From assembly GCA_002841375.1 (NCBI GenBank), contig PGZO01000029.1, positions 1-40,000 on the forward strand: a DNA stretch of 40,000 nt. The letters are read 5' to 3'. This stretch comes from Firmicutes bacterium HGW-Firmicutes-7 (GTDB lineage: Bacteria > Bacillota > Clostridia > Lachnospirales > Vallitaleaceae). Below are positions 25,691 through 33,917 of this stretch, piece after piece; positions within the stretch are counted from its first letter, which is position 1, and the number at the start of each line of letters is the position of its first letter. The notes under the pieces are model-generated. The model was not told the origin of the DNA, made no database searches, and worked only from the letters and a program-made list of their open reading frames with translations. Position numbers and translations under genes: made by a program.

Positions 25691-26263
25691 TTAGTTCATA
25701 AAGGTGACTTGCCCATTCTTGAAGCGATCAACAATTACTAATGATTCTAATTGCACATTTTGCTCCCTTAACAATTTTCCACCCTCTTGAAAGCCTTTTT
25801 CAATAACAATACCGATGCCTTCAACTGTTGCACCAGCTTGTTGAACAATATCGGTTAATGCTAAGGCAGCTTTACCATTTGCTAGAAAATCATCCAGAAT
25901 CAAAACCCGATCCCCTTCGTGTATGTATCGTTTAGATACTTGAATGTCATAGGTTTTTTGTTTAGTAAAAGAGTATACTTGACTTTTGTATGTGTCTACA
26001 TCAAGATTTCTAGATTCAGTTTTTTTAGCAAACACAACTGGAACTTTGAAATAAAGTGCAGCAATTGATGCTATTGCAATGCCTGAAGCTTCAATCGTAA
26101 GGATCCTTGTAATGCGTTTACCCTCAAATCTTTTATAAAACTCTTGTCCAATTTCTTCAAATAGTTGAATATCAAGTTGATGGTTTAGGAAAGAATCTAC
26201 TTTAAGAACCTCTTCGGAGGCAACTCTTCCTTCTTCTAGTATTCTCTTTTTCAAAGACTCCAT
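25691..26263 (-). CDS. xpt: xanthine phosphoribosyltransferase
   Basis: 190 aa. LKVDSFLNHQLD...VLILDDFLANG is the PRPP-binding motif. A purine riboswitch lies upstream. Confidence 0.9.
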   Translation of the reverse strand: MESLKKRILEEGRVASEEVLKVDSFLNHQLDIQLFEEIGQEFYKRFEGKRITRILTIEASGIAIASIAALYFKVPVVFAKKTESRNLDVDTYKSQVYSFTKQKTYDIQVSKRYIHEGDRVLILDDFLANGKAALALTDIVQQAGATVEGIGIVIEKGFQEGGKLLREQNVQLESLVIVDRFKNGQVTFMN

Positions 26264-26342
26264 TAATATTTCTCCCTTATGCGATACTTTTCCGTCAATA
26301 AAATTCTTGTTCCTTGAATAAAAAGGTAGAACTTTCCTACTG

Positions 26343-26464
26343 GGGTTGTAGTGTCAAAAGTAAGTTCGTTCTAATTCTCACACAACATATAGCGATGATT
26401 AAAGCATCCATGCACTATATGTTGTGCAAGAAAGAACAACTATATACTTTTGACACTATAACCC
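26343..26464. repeat. MITE-like near-palindromic element, copy A (degenerate)
   Basis: Its reverse complement aligns to copy B (28981..29102) with ~11 substitutions and 2 single-base indels over 122 nt by hand alignment. The terminal inverted repeats are gggttgtagtgtcaaaagta and tacttttgacactataaccc. Confidence 0.85.
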
Positions 26465-26471
26465 TATTGGA

Positions 26472-26500
26472 TAAAAAAAACTCTGCATGTGCAGAGTCCT
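26472..26500 (-). terminator. rho-independent terminator in xpt leader
   Basis: The minus strand reads GGACTCTGCACATGCAGAGT followed by T8. It lies ~85 nt downstream of the aptamer. Confidence 0.6.
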
Positions 26501-26582
26501 TACAAAATATGCATTCATAATTAGAAATCCTCTTTTAAAAATACAAAAAGGAAAACTAAATAAGCAATACATATCTTGCATG

Positions 26583-26654
26583 AACTCGTAGCCTTTAACT
26601 ATTTGAGGTAGTTTGTAGAAACATTTGAACCATATTTTCAAATTTATACGAGTT
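26583..26654 (-). promoter_or_regulatory. purine riboswitch aptamer (guanine-type C at discriminator position)
   Basis: The minus strand reads AACUCGUA-UAAAU-UUGAA-AAUAUGG-UUCAA-AUGUUUCUAC-AAACUA-CCUCAAA-UAGUU-AAAGGC-UACGAGUU. It aligns without gaps to the B. subtilis xpt aptamer (as I recall it) through UAUAA, AUAUGG and GUUUCUAC. P1 is 8 bp. Confidence 0.7.
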
Positions 26655-26784
26655 ATTGTATGTGTTTTTATTGGTAGCTATGCATTTTATGCAAAGTACT
26701 ACTTCTGCATTTTAATACAAATTAACTATAAAATCAAGCTTTTTCTTAACAGAATGCTGTAGCATTTAATAATAATGCTTTAGG

Positions 26785-27891
26785 TTAGAAACTCAAGCTG
26801 TTATTTCCCAAGTAAGCTAAAACCTGCTCAATATTTCCTTTAAATTTAATTTTATGTTTACTTTTTTGTATTTGATAATTGTACATCGGGTCATAATAAT
26901 CTCTTAGGAGTGTTTCTATCCAGTTTTTGTGTGCTTCGTAACATCCTGAATAATAAATTTGCTCTTGATAGGCTAGTTCAAACAAGTCTAATACATGCTT
27001 ATAGCGATCGCCTCCAAGTCTATTTTTAACTCTGCCTAGGCTACTACGGATATAGTTAGCCCATTCATTTAGCCCCTCCTTATCTTGATAGGTGCCAATA
27101 TAGCGCTCTTGGGACTGTATAACATATTCTTTCATGGTATTTAAAACACGCTCTTCAAAAGGAACTTCAAGAATAATTAAATCACCCGAACTGAAAAACT
27201 CAACCAATGGTTTAGGCAGATTACATCTTCCGACATTTCTCCCTTCGTCCTCTAAAATCATGGTTCTATAAGCTTTATTTTTATGTTTTATTAACGCTGC
27301 AGCAAGATTGTTTTCAAAGTTTATTTGTGTAGGTTGTGGCGTCACATGTTTACCAAATGATGACCCTCTATGGTTAGCTAATTCCTCAAGATCTATCGCA
27401 TTCTCAAGGTTCTTAAGCAAAGTAGTTTTACCTGCTCCTGTACATCCTCCTATTAAAACTGGTTTGCTGATTTGTTGTGCTGGTTCAAGTGCGCCCATAA
27501 GATAATTTCTATAAGCCTTGTACCCGCCTTCAAGACGACTTATTTCTTTACCTGTTACTTCTGCAATCCACTGTTGGCTAATCTGAGAACGTAGCCCACC
27601 TCTAAAGCAATAGATCATACTACTTGGATATTCCTCTAAATGTTTTTTCCAAGCGTCCACACGTTCTTGTTTTATTTCACCTGATACCAACTGATGACCT
27701 AATTTGACAGCCTCTTCATTACCTTTTTCTTTATAACATATACCTACTTTATGTCTTTCTTCATCATTCATTAATGGTAAGTTAACCGCATTTATAAACG
27801 CACCTTTTTCAAACTCTATTGGTGCGCGTACATCAATAAGTGGAATTTCTTCAATAACAATCTTTTTATAATCCTTACATGTACTATCCAT
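26785..27891 (-). CDS. selU: tRNA 2-selenouridine synthase
   Basis: N-terminal rhodanese domain (LIDVRAPIEFEKGAFINAVNLPLMNDEER...YCFRGGLRSQ) plus P-loop GGCTGAGKT. It is adjacent to selD. Confidence 0.85.
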   Translation of the reverse strand: MDSTCKDYKKIVIEEIPLIDVRAPIEFEKGAFINAVNLPLMNDEERHKVGICYKEKGNEEAVKLGHQLVSGEIKQERVDAWKKHLEEYPSSMIYCFRGGLRSQISQQWIAEVTGKEISRLEGGYKAYRNYLMGALEPAQQISKPVLIGGCTGAGKTTLLKNLENAIDLEELANHRGSSFGKHVTPQPTQINFENNLAAALIKHKNKAYRTMILEDEGRNVGRCNLPKPLVEFFSSGDLIILEVPFEERVLNTMKEYVIQSQERYIGTYQDKEGLNEWANYIRSSLGRVKNRLGGDRYKHVLDLFELAYQEQIYYSGCYEAHKNWIETLLRDYYDPMYNYQIQKSKHKIKFKGNIEQVLAYLGNNSLSF

Positions 27892-27892
27892 A

Positions 27893-28927
27893 TTATATAA
27901 TCCTAATTAATTTTTCAAATCGTTCACATGTCTGCCCAATAGATTGTAGTTGCAAGCCAGCTGCAGACGTTATTTCTAACAGCTCTGAAACCCCTTCTTT
28001 TTTAACAATTACAAGTAATCCACCTGAAGTTTGGGCATCACATAAAATGTACGTTTGTTCTTCAGTCATTTCCTCAATCGTATGCCCATAGCTTTTAAAG
28101 TTATTTTTTGTACCTCCAGATATACAATCCATTTCAAGATATTTTTTTGTATTGGGTAGCAATGGAACTTTATCATACTGAATTATAGCTGAAATACCAC
28201 TTCCTTCGCATACTTCACCCAAGTGGCCAAGCAGCCCAAATCCAGTAACGTCTGTCAATGCAACTACGCTTTCTAATGCGGATAGATCGTTGCCAATTTT
28301 ATTTAAAGTACTCATAGCATCAATCGCCACATCAATATGTCCAGGCTCTATTTTTTTCCTCTTTTGTGCCGTTGTTATAATTCCAATGCCAAGTGGCTTG
28401 GTCAGGAATATTTCGCAGTCTGGAACTGCTTTATTATTTTGTTTCAACCTTTTATTATCAACAATTCCCGTTACAGCTAGTCCAAAAATTGGCTCTGGTG
28501 AATCAATGGAATGCCCTCCTGCAAGAGGAATTCCTGCTTCACTACAAGCTGTTCGTCCACCTTCAATAACCTCTCTGGCGATTTCTGGTGCTAATACGTT
28601 AACTGGCCATCCAAGTATTGATATTGCCATCAATGGTTTTCCACCCATTGCATAAATATCACTAATCGCATTTGTCGCAGCAATCTTTCCAAAAGTAAAT
28701 GGATCATCTACGATTGGCATAAAAAAATCCGTTGTACTTAAAACGGAAGTACCATTTCCCAAATCAAATGCAGCTGCATCATCTTTACTGCTATTACCTA
28801 CTAGAAGCTTTGGGTAGATTTTTGATGTCTCTTGTGTTGTTTTTAGTATTGTCTCCAAAACTGCTGGGGAGATTTTGCATCCACAACCAGCACCATGACT
28901 ATATTCTGTTAGTTTAATTTTTTCCAT
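27893..28927 (-). CDS. selD: selenide, water dikinase (Cys-type)
   Basis: [21 protein letters not shown], with codons TGT and TGC and no TGA. The track ORF extends to 29050 only because it reads into repeat B. AAGGAA precedes the ATG at 28927. Confidence 0.9.
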   Translation of the reverse strand: MEKIKLTEYSHGAGCGCKISPAVLETILKTTQETSKIYPKLLVGNSSKDDAAAFDLGNGTSVLSTTDFFMPIVDDPFTFGKIAATNAISDIYAMGGKPLMAISILGWPVNVLAPEIAREVIEGGRTACSEAGIPLAGGHSIDSPEPIFGLAVTGIVDNKRLKQNNKAVPDCEIFLTKPLGIGIITTAQKRKKIEPGHIDVAIDAMSTLNKIGNDLSALESVVALTDVTGFGLLGHLGEVCEGSGISAIIQYDKVPLLPNTKKYLEMDCISGGTKNNFKSYGHTIEEMTEEQTYILCDAQTSGGLLVIVKKEGVSELLEITSAAGLQLQSIGQTCERFEKLIRII

Positions 28928-28967
28928 TTTGACATTCCTTTGTATAATAAAATAATTGGTTAATAAT

Positions 28968-28995
28968 ATTATAACATATATGGTTGTAGTGTCAA
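28968..28995 (-). promoter_or_regulatory. hybrid promoter for selD: -35 inside repeat B terminus, -10 in flank
   Basis: The minus strand reads TTGACA (28995..28990)-16 nt-TATAAT (28973..28968), with a TGT extension. It lies 40 nt upstream of the selD ATG. Confidence 0.55.
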
Positions 28996-29102
28996 AAGTA
29001 TATAGTTGTTCTTTCTTACACAACATATGGTGCATGGATGCTTTAACCATGCACCATATGTTGTGTAAGAATTAGAACATCTTACTTTTGACACTACAAC
29101 CA
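28981..29102. repeat. MITE-like near-palindromic element, copy B (well preserved)
   Basis: The perfect 20-bp terminal inverted repeats are tggttgtagtgtcaaaagta and tacttttgacactacaacca. A perfect 22-bp inner stem pairs ttacacaacatatggtgcatgg with ccatgcaccatatgttgtgtaa, and an asymmetric internal loop lies between the outer and inner stems. Confidence 0.9.
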
Positions 29103-29187
29103 TAAATTCAATCATATTTTTTTCCATAAATACCTTCTTTCTTCATTTCTTCTCAATAAATAAGTACGGTAGTGTTACATTCTGTTT

Positions 29188-29871
29188 TCACATTTGATAA
29201 AAATCTCCTGCAAGCGCTTTCAGTTCTTCCTTTTTCATTATTATTATTGTTTTACCCTTTTTATCAATGATTTGATCTCTTACTAGTTTGATCAACATTC
29301 GATTAAGATGCCTATAACTAGTTCCTAGTAACTCTGCTAAATCTGAATAATTCGATTCGATCTCACAAATATTATTTTCATTTTGTATATTTTCAATAAT
29401 ATAACTTGAAAGCCTTGCCTCTAAGGGATATAAGTTCATTGATGATTTATACGTAATTGAATCTAATTTTTGGGCAAGATGATTTCCTAAAAACCTTAAA
29501 AAAACAACATTATTAATTCCGTATAGTCTTACAAGTTTCATAGGTATTCCAATGCAGACGCTATTTTCTAAAGCTTCTACGAAAACGCGATATTGATTAT
29601 AATGAAACACCTCAACATCTCCAAGTACATTAAGGGGTTGATAGAATCTTAAAAGTGATTTTTTACCATTTTCTAATAATGTATATATTTTAGCCTTACC
29701 CTCTACAAAATAATAAAAATATGCAACTTCTTGTTCTGTTTGACAAATATAATCGCCTTTCTCAAAGGTGTGAAGCTCACAATGCATAATAAGCTCCTTA
29801 CCAATGACATTCTCTAATTCATACTTGTGCATATATTCCAAAATTTTATTTTTATCCTCAATAATCTTCAT
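29188..29871 (-). CDS. Crp/Fnr-family transcriptional regulator
   Basis: 227 aa with an N-terminal cNMP-binding-like beta-roll and a C-terminal HTH (DLAELLGTSYRHLNRMLIKL). Confidence 0.8.
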   Translation of the reverse strand: MKIIEDKNKILEYMHKYELENVIGKELIMHCELHTFEKGDYICQTEQEVAYFYYFVEGKAKIYTLLENGKKSLLRFYQPLNVLGDVEVFHYNQYRVFVEALENSVCIGIPMKLVRLYGINNVVFLRFLGNHLAQKLDSITYKSSMNLYPLEARLSSYIIENIQNENNICEIESNYSDLAELLGTSYRHLNRMLIKLVRDQIIDKKGKTIIIMKKEELKALAGDFYQM

Positions 29872-29966
29872 GCGCAGCTCCTTAACATGACATATGTCCT
29901 ATTTTTTTTATTGTAACAATGTTTTAATTACTTTACAACAATACAATACATAAAAAGGAGTTAAAA

Positions 29967-30389
29967 ATGTATAAATATCTTGCAATACTTAACGGCTTGC
30001 TTATTTCTATAATGGTGCTTCTAAATGGCACCCTTGCAAAAGCAACCGGTTTATATTTTTCTCTTTTAATCATCAATGGTCTTTGCTTAATTATTGTAAT
30101 ACTTATTATTATAATAAAAAAAATTCCTATTAAGGATATTCTTACGCTTCCTAAATACTTATACTTTGTTGGTATTCTTGGTCTAGCAAATATTACTATG
30201 AATAATATAAGCTTTATCAACCTGGGCGCAACCTTAACAATGGGACTCGTTTTATATGGACAATTACTTTCCTCAATTATAATTGATTTTGGTGGCTTTT
30301 TTGGGCTAAAAAAACAACCCTTTCATCCTAAGAAGATAATAGGTATAGTAATCATGTCCTTAGGAATTCTAATTATGGTTATATATTAA
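29967..30389 (+). CDS. DMT-superfamily half-transporter (DUF606/YdcZ-like)
   Basis: 140 aa with ~4 TM helices. It is paired with a second half-size paralogue. Confidence 0.65.
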   Translation: MYKYLAILNGLLISIMVLLNGTLAKATGLYFSLLIINGLCLIIVILIIIIKKIPIKDILTLPKYLYFVGILGLANITMNNISFINLGATLTMGLVLYGQLLSSIIIDFGGFFGLKKQPFHPKKIIGIVIMSLGILIMVIY

Positions 30390-30403
30390 ATCGGAGGTGT
30401 ATC

Positions 30404-30847
30404 ATGTATATTCCAATAGCCATTTTTTCTGGTTTTACAGTAATTATTAGCATAATAATGCTTGGGAGTATTAACAAAAAGGTTGGATTAATGCCAACTA
30501 CTCTTGTAAACTTTGGCGCAGGTACGATAGGATCTATCTTAATTCTCTTGTTAGTAAAAGACTTTAATATAGAAATCTTGAAAAATGTTCCAATCTACCT
30601 TTATTTTGGTTCTGTGGTAGTAATAGCCATTACGATGTTAAATGGAACGATTATTAATAACATACCTGCTGTATATACAACCATGTTGGTATTCATTGGT
30701 CAATTAGTTGCTGGTATGCTTATTGATTATTTTAGACTTAATCAATTTTCTCCTGGTGATTTGGTCGGAGGGATTGTTGTGCTATTGGGTCTACTTTATA
30801 ATAGCAAAGTAAATACCCCAGATCTAGTAGAAACAAATATTGAATAG
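30404..30847 (+). CDS. DMT-superfamily half-transporter (DUF606/YdcZ-like)
   Basis: 147 aa with ~4 TM helices, forming a tandem pair with the upstream gene. Confidence 0.65.
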   Translation: MYIPIAIFSGFTVIISIIMLGSINKKVGLMPTTLVNFGAGTIGSILILLLVKDFNIEILKNVPIYLYFGSVVVIAITMLNGTIINNIPAVYTTMLVFIGQLVAGMLIDYFRLNQFSPGDLVGGIVVLLGLLYNSKVNTPDLVETNIE

Positions 30848-30891
30848 TTGGTTATAGTGTGTTTTCTACCATATAAAAGTCAAAATCTTCG

Positions 30892-30917
30892 AAGCGTTCA
30901 CAATGAACGCTTTTTAT
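30892..30917 (+). terminator. rho-independent terminator
   Basis: aagcgttca-caa-tgaacgctt followed by tttt. Confidence 0.65.
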
Positions 30918-31028
30918 TATTAATAATTTAATGATTAAAGTAACTTTTATATTGTTAATACTATCAATATGTGGTATTCTATGTATGCAAATGCTTTGAT
31001 AATCAAACTATTAATAAGGAGTAATGAA

Positions 31029-32090
31029 ATGAATATACCTAAAATGAAAATCGGTGATCTTACTTTTAAGATACCTATTATACAAGGTGGTATGGGTGTT
31101 GGCGTCTCACGTTCTTCTTTAGCTTCAGCTGTTGCAAATGAAGGCGGCTTAGGAGTAATCTCTGGTGCCCAAATTGGTTTTGAAGAATTAGACTTTGAAA
31201 CAAATTCTAAGGAAGCAAACATTCGATCCTTAAAAAATGAAATAAGAAAAGCAAAGGAAAATAGTCCAGACGGTTTTATTGGTGTAAATCTCATGGTTGC
31301 CATGAAAAATTATGCAGAAATGGTTAAAGCCGCTGTTGAAGCAAAAGTAGATGTTATTATATCTGGTGCCGGTCTGCCTCTTGACTTACCTGCACTTGTA
31401 GATAATACAAAGGTCAAAATTATACCAATTGCATCTTCACTAAAAGCTGCAAGAATAATTACCACCTCTTGGCGCAAAAATTACAATAGAGAAGCTGATG
31501 CAATCATCATTGAAGGTCCTGAAGCAGGAGGACATCTAGGTTTTAAGTATAATGAATTGATCGAACACAAAACAGAAAGCCTTGAATCTATCGTAGTACA
31601 AGTCATTGACTATCTTAAAGACTTGGGAAAAGATGTCCCTGTTATTGCAGCGGGTGGTATCTTTAATGGTTCAGATATTGGTAAATTTTTGAAAATGGGT
31701 GCATCTGGCGTTCAAATGGCAACTAGATTTGTAACAACTCCTGAATGTGATGCTAGTGATGAATTTAAAATGGCATACATAAATGCAAAGAAAGAAGATA
31801 TTGTCATTACCAACAGCCCTGTAGGTCTACCCGGTAGAGCACTACACAATAACTTTTTAAAAAAATTAGAGATCACAAAAAAGGAAGCTGTTACCAAATG
31901 CTATACTTGCCTCAACCATTGTAACCCAGCAGAAACACCCTATTGTATAACAAAAGCCCTTGTTAATTCTGTTAAAGGAAATGTTCAAGACGGATTATTA
32001 TTTGTTGGTAGCAATGTTTACAAATGTAATAAAATGGAATCAGTAAAAGAAATTATCTCTAGTTTAATGTTTGAATTACAGACCGTTTAA
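31029..32090 (+). CDS. NAD(P)H-dependent flavin oxidoreductase, nitronate monooxygenase (NMO/FabK-like) family
   Basis: IPIIQGGMGVGVSRSSLASAVANEGGLGVISG and ...IIEGPEAGGHLG motifs. The ATG at 31029 has AAGGAG 8 nt upstream, whereas the track start at 30969 lacks an RBS. Confidence 0.8.
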   Translation: MNIPKMKIGDLTFKIPIIQGGMGVGVSRSSLASAVANEGGLGVISGAQIGFEELDFETNSKEANIRSLKNEIRKAKENSPDGFIGVNLMVAMKNYAEMVKAAVEAKVDVIISGAGLPLDLPALVDNTKVKIIPIASSLKAARIITTSWRKNYNREADAIIIEGPEAGGHLGFKYNELIEHKTESLESIVVQVIDYLKDLGKDVPVIAAGGIFNGSDIGKFLKMGASGVQMATRFVTTPECDASDEFKMAYINAKKEDIVITNSPVGLPGRALHNNFLKKLEITKKEAVTKCYTCLNHCNPAETPYCITKALVNSVKGNVQDGLLFVGSNVYKCNKMESVKEIISSLMFELQTV

Positions 32091-32126
32091 CTATTGCTTA
32101 TGCAGAAGTTTCCTAAGTAAAGAAGA

Positions 32127-32156
32127 AAGTCCTCTACCCCTTTAGGTAGGGGACTT
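32127..32156. terminator. bidirectional hairpin between convergent genes
   Basis: aagtcc-t-ctacc...ggtag-g-ggactt. Confidence 0.5.
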
Positions 32157-32619
32157 ACCTTCTTACTCTTAAGATGATTCCATCATTCGCCTTCTGCAAA
32201 TTCTTTGTGGACATTTTAGCCAATGCTTTTTCTGATCCCCCTCCGGTATAAACAAGCTCCTTTTCCATGACCCTTGAATCAATTATATACGTCGCTTCAA
32301 ATCCAAAAGATGGAACACCACCACATACGTAACCTGTCTTATCAAGTATTTCTTCTGCTGTTGCAACTCTAACTGATTCAACATTTAGTGCTTTAGCAAC
32401 TCTAGAAGTGCTCACACGATCTTCACCTTTTACAATAACTAAAATCAAATTCTCTTTATCATCAATCAAGCAAATATTTTTCACAATTTCATCTTCTGAT
32501 ACACCTAGCGCAATCGCAGCTTCTGCAACAGAATGACATGATTCTTTAAATATTAATTGCTCTGCCTCAATATTACTTTCTTCTATGTATTTTCTTAGTT
32601 TTTCTTCATATAGTTTCAT
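32155..32619 (-). CDS. YbaK/EbsC-family aminoacyl-tRNA editing domain protein
   Basis: 154 aa. HSVAEAAIALGVSEDEIVKNICL...GYVCGGVPSFGF is a YbaK-like pattern. Confidence 0.7.
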   Translation of the reverse strand: MKLYEEKLRKYIEESNIEAEQLIFKESCHSVAEAAIALGVSEDEIVKNICLIDDKENLILVIVKGEDRVSTSRVAKALNVESVRVATAEEILDKTGYVCGGVPSFGFEATYIIDSRVMEKELVYTGGGSEKALAKMSTKNLQKANDGIILRVRR

Positions 32620-32791
32620 TCTCTTCTCCCTTTATATTCAACCCAAATATCTTGTTTTTATTTATTGGTTATTTTTACCTTCAATTATACACTTGTTCGC
32701 CATACAAATAAAGTTTTTTATCATTTGATAATTTCAAGTATAAAAAACGATTATAATTACTACAATAAAGGTTATGTAAAGGAGTGTTTAG

Positions 32792-32980
32792 ATGAAAAGA
32801 ATATTATTTTACTCAATCTTTGTTATTCTGTACGTTTTAGTAACTTTTTTTGGTTTAGGGCCTGCTTTAATGGCTGATGGAACAAATAAAGAACGGCTTT
32901 ACACCTTAATTGTTGTCTTAATGCTCTACGGTATACTTACTATAGCCCTTCTATGGCTTAAACGAAAATCCAATGAATAA
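32792..32980 (+). CDS. small 2-TM membrane protein
   Basis: 62 aa. AAAGGAG lies 8 nt upstream, and the hairpin aaaagccttgtcaaaggctttt follows the gene. Confidence 0.5.
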   Translation: MKRILFYSIFVILYVLVTFFGLGPALMADGTNKERLYTLIVVLMLYGILTIALLWLKRKSNE

Positions 32981-33059
32981 AACAGACTAAAAGCCTTGTC
33001 AAAGGCTTTTAGTCTTGAACCCCCTATTTAAATAATAGTAGGGGCCTTACTTCGTTAGG

Positions 33060-33854
33060 TTAAACCACTTCATTTCTAACACGATTAATTAAATCGCCAA
33101 CACCTTCAAATACATATTTAGGAGAATACGGAAATGCATCAATGCCTTCTCTGCTCGTCACACCACTTAAAACTAATGCGGTATCAATACCTGATTCAAT
33201 TCCTGCTACAATATCTGTATCCATCCGATCTCCAATAATCATTGTTTCTTCCACTGTACATCCAAGCTTTAACATCGCTTCTCGCATCATTAACGGATTA
33301 GGCTTACCTATGTAATAGGCTTGCTTACCAGTCGTTAATTCTATAGGTGCCATAAGTGCTCGTGTCGCTGGTATAATCCCTTTTTCTGAAGGTCCAGTAA
33401 GGTCTGAATTGGTACCAATCAACTTCGCACCATTTACTACGAGATGTACTGCAAGCTCAATTTTTTCAATATTGTACGTTCTTGTTTCTCCAACAATTAC
33501 ATAATCTGGATCGATATTGTTCATCGAAAATCCCTCATCATATATTGCCTTAGTAAGTCCATTCTCACCAATAACAAATGCACTACCATTTGGGCATTGG
33601 CTTGATAAAAAGCTTGCCGTTGCTAATGCACTGGTGTAAAAATGATCTTCTTCAACTTCAATACCTAACCTAGCGAGCTTTTCAGCGAGTTCTCTAGGTG
33701 ATCTCTCACTGCTGTTTGTAAGAAATAGGAATTCTCTATCTACTTCCTTTAACCAATTTACAAATTCTTTTGCACCTGGCAACAAATTATTTCCATGATA
33801 TATGACACCATCCATATCACAGATGAATCCTTTTTTGTTTACTATTTCCTTCAC
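33060..33854 (-). CDS. HAD-IIA family hydrolase (NagD/YutF-like sugar phosphatase)
   Basis: Motifs FICDMDGVIYHG, FLTNSS and ...GDRMDTDI. Confidence 0.85.
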   Translation of the reverse strand: MKEIVNKKGFICDMDGVIYHGNNLLPGAKEFVNWLKEVDREFLFLTNSSERSPRELAEKLARLGIEVEEDHFYTSALATASFLSSQCPNGSAFVIGENGLTKAIYDEGFSMNNIDPDYVIVGETRTYNIEKIELAVHLVVNGAKLIGTNSDLTGPSEKGIIPATRALMAPIELTTGKQAYYIGKPNPLMMREAMLKLGCTVEETMIIGDRMDTDIVAGIESGIDTALVLSGVTSREGIDAFPYSPKYVFEGVGDLINRVRNEVV

Positions 33855-33917
33855 TTATATTCCTCCATTCGATTTCGTACTAATCCAGTGCTTTTGTTCT
33901 TTTTATTCATTAACTAC

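Noticed and set aside
26314-26641. ORFs 26314..26520 (+) and 26456..26641 (-)
   Set aside because: They span repeat A, the leader terminator and the riboswitch. The region is non-coding leader RNA.
27308-28917. Plus-strand ORFs 27308..27505, 27879..28091, 28290..28655 and 28732..28917
   Set aside because: They lie antisense to selU and selD.
27893-28927. Selenocysteine (TGA) codon in selD
   Set aside because: The active-site GAGCGCK is encoded by TGT and TGC, and there is no in-frame TGA.
28928-29050. 41-codon N-terminal extension of selD (track start 29050)
   Set aside because: The extension is a translation of repeat B; the same peptide appears from copy A in ORF 26314..26520. The conserved SelD N-terminus begins at the ATG at 28927, which has an RBS.
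29933-30220. ORF 29933..30220 (-)
   Set aside because: It lies antisense to the first DUF606 transporter gene.
30947-31303. ORF 30947..31303 (-) and the 20-codon N-terminal extension of the NMO-family gene (30969)
   Set aside because: The first is an antisense shadow. The extension lacks an RBS, whereas the ATG at 31029 has AAGGAG at optimal spacing.
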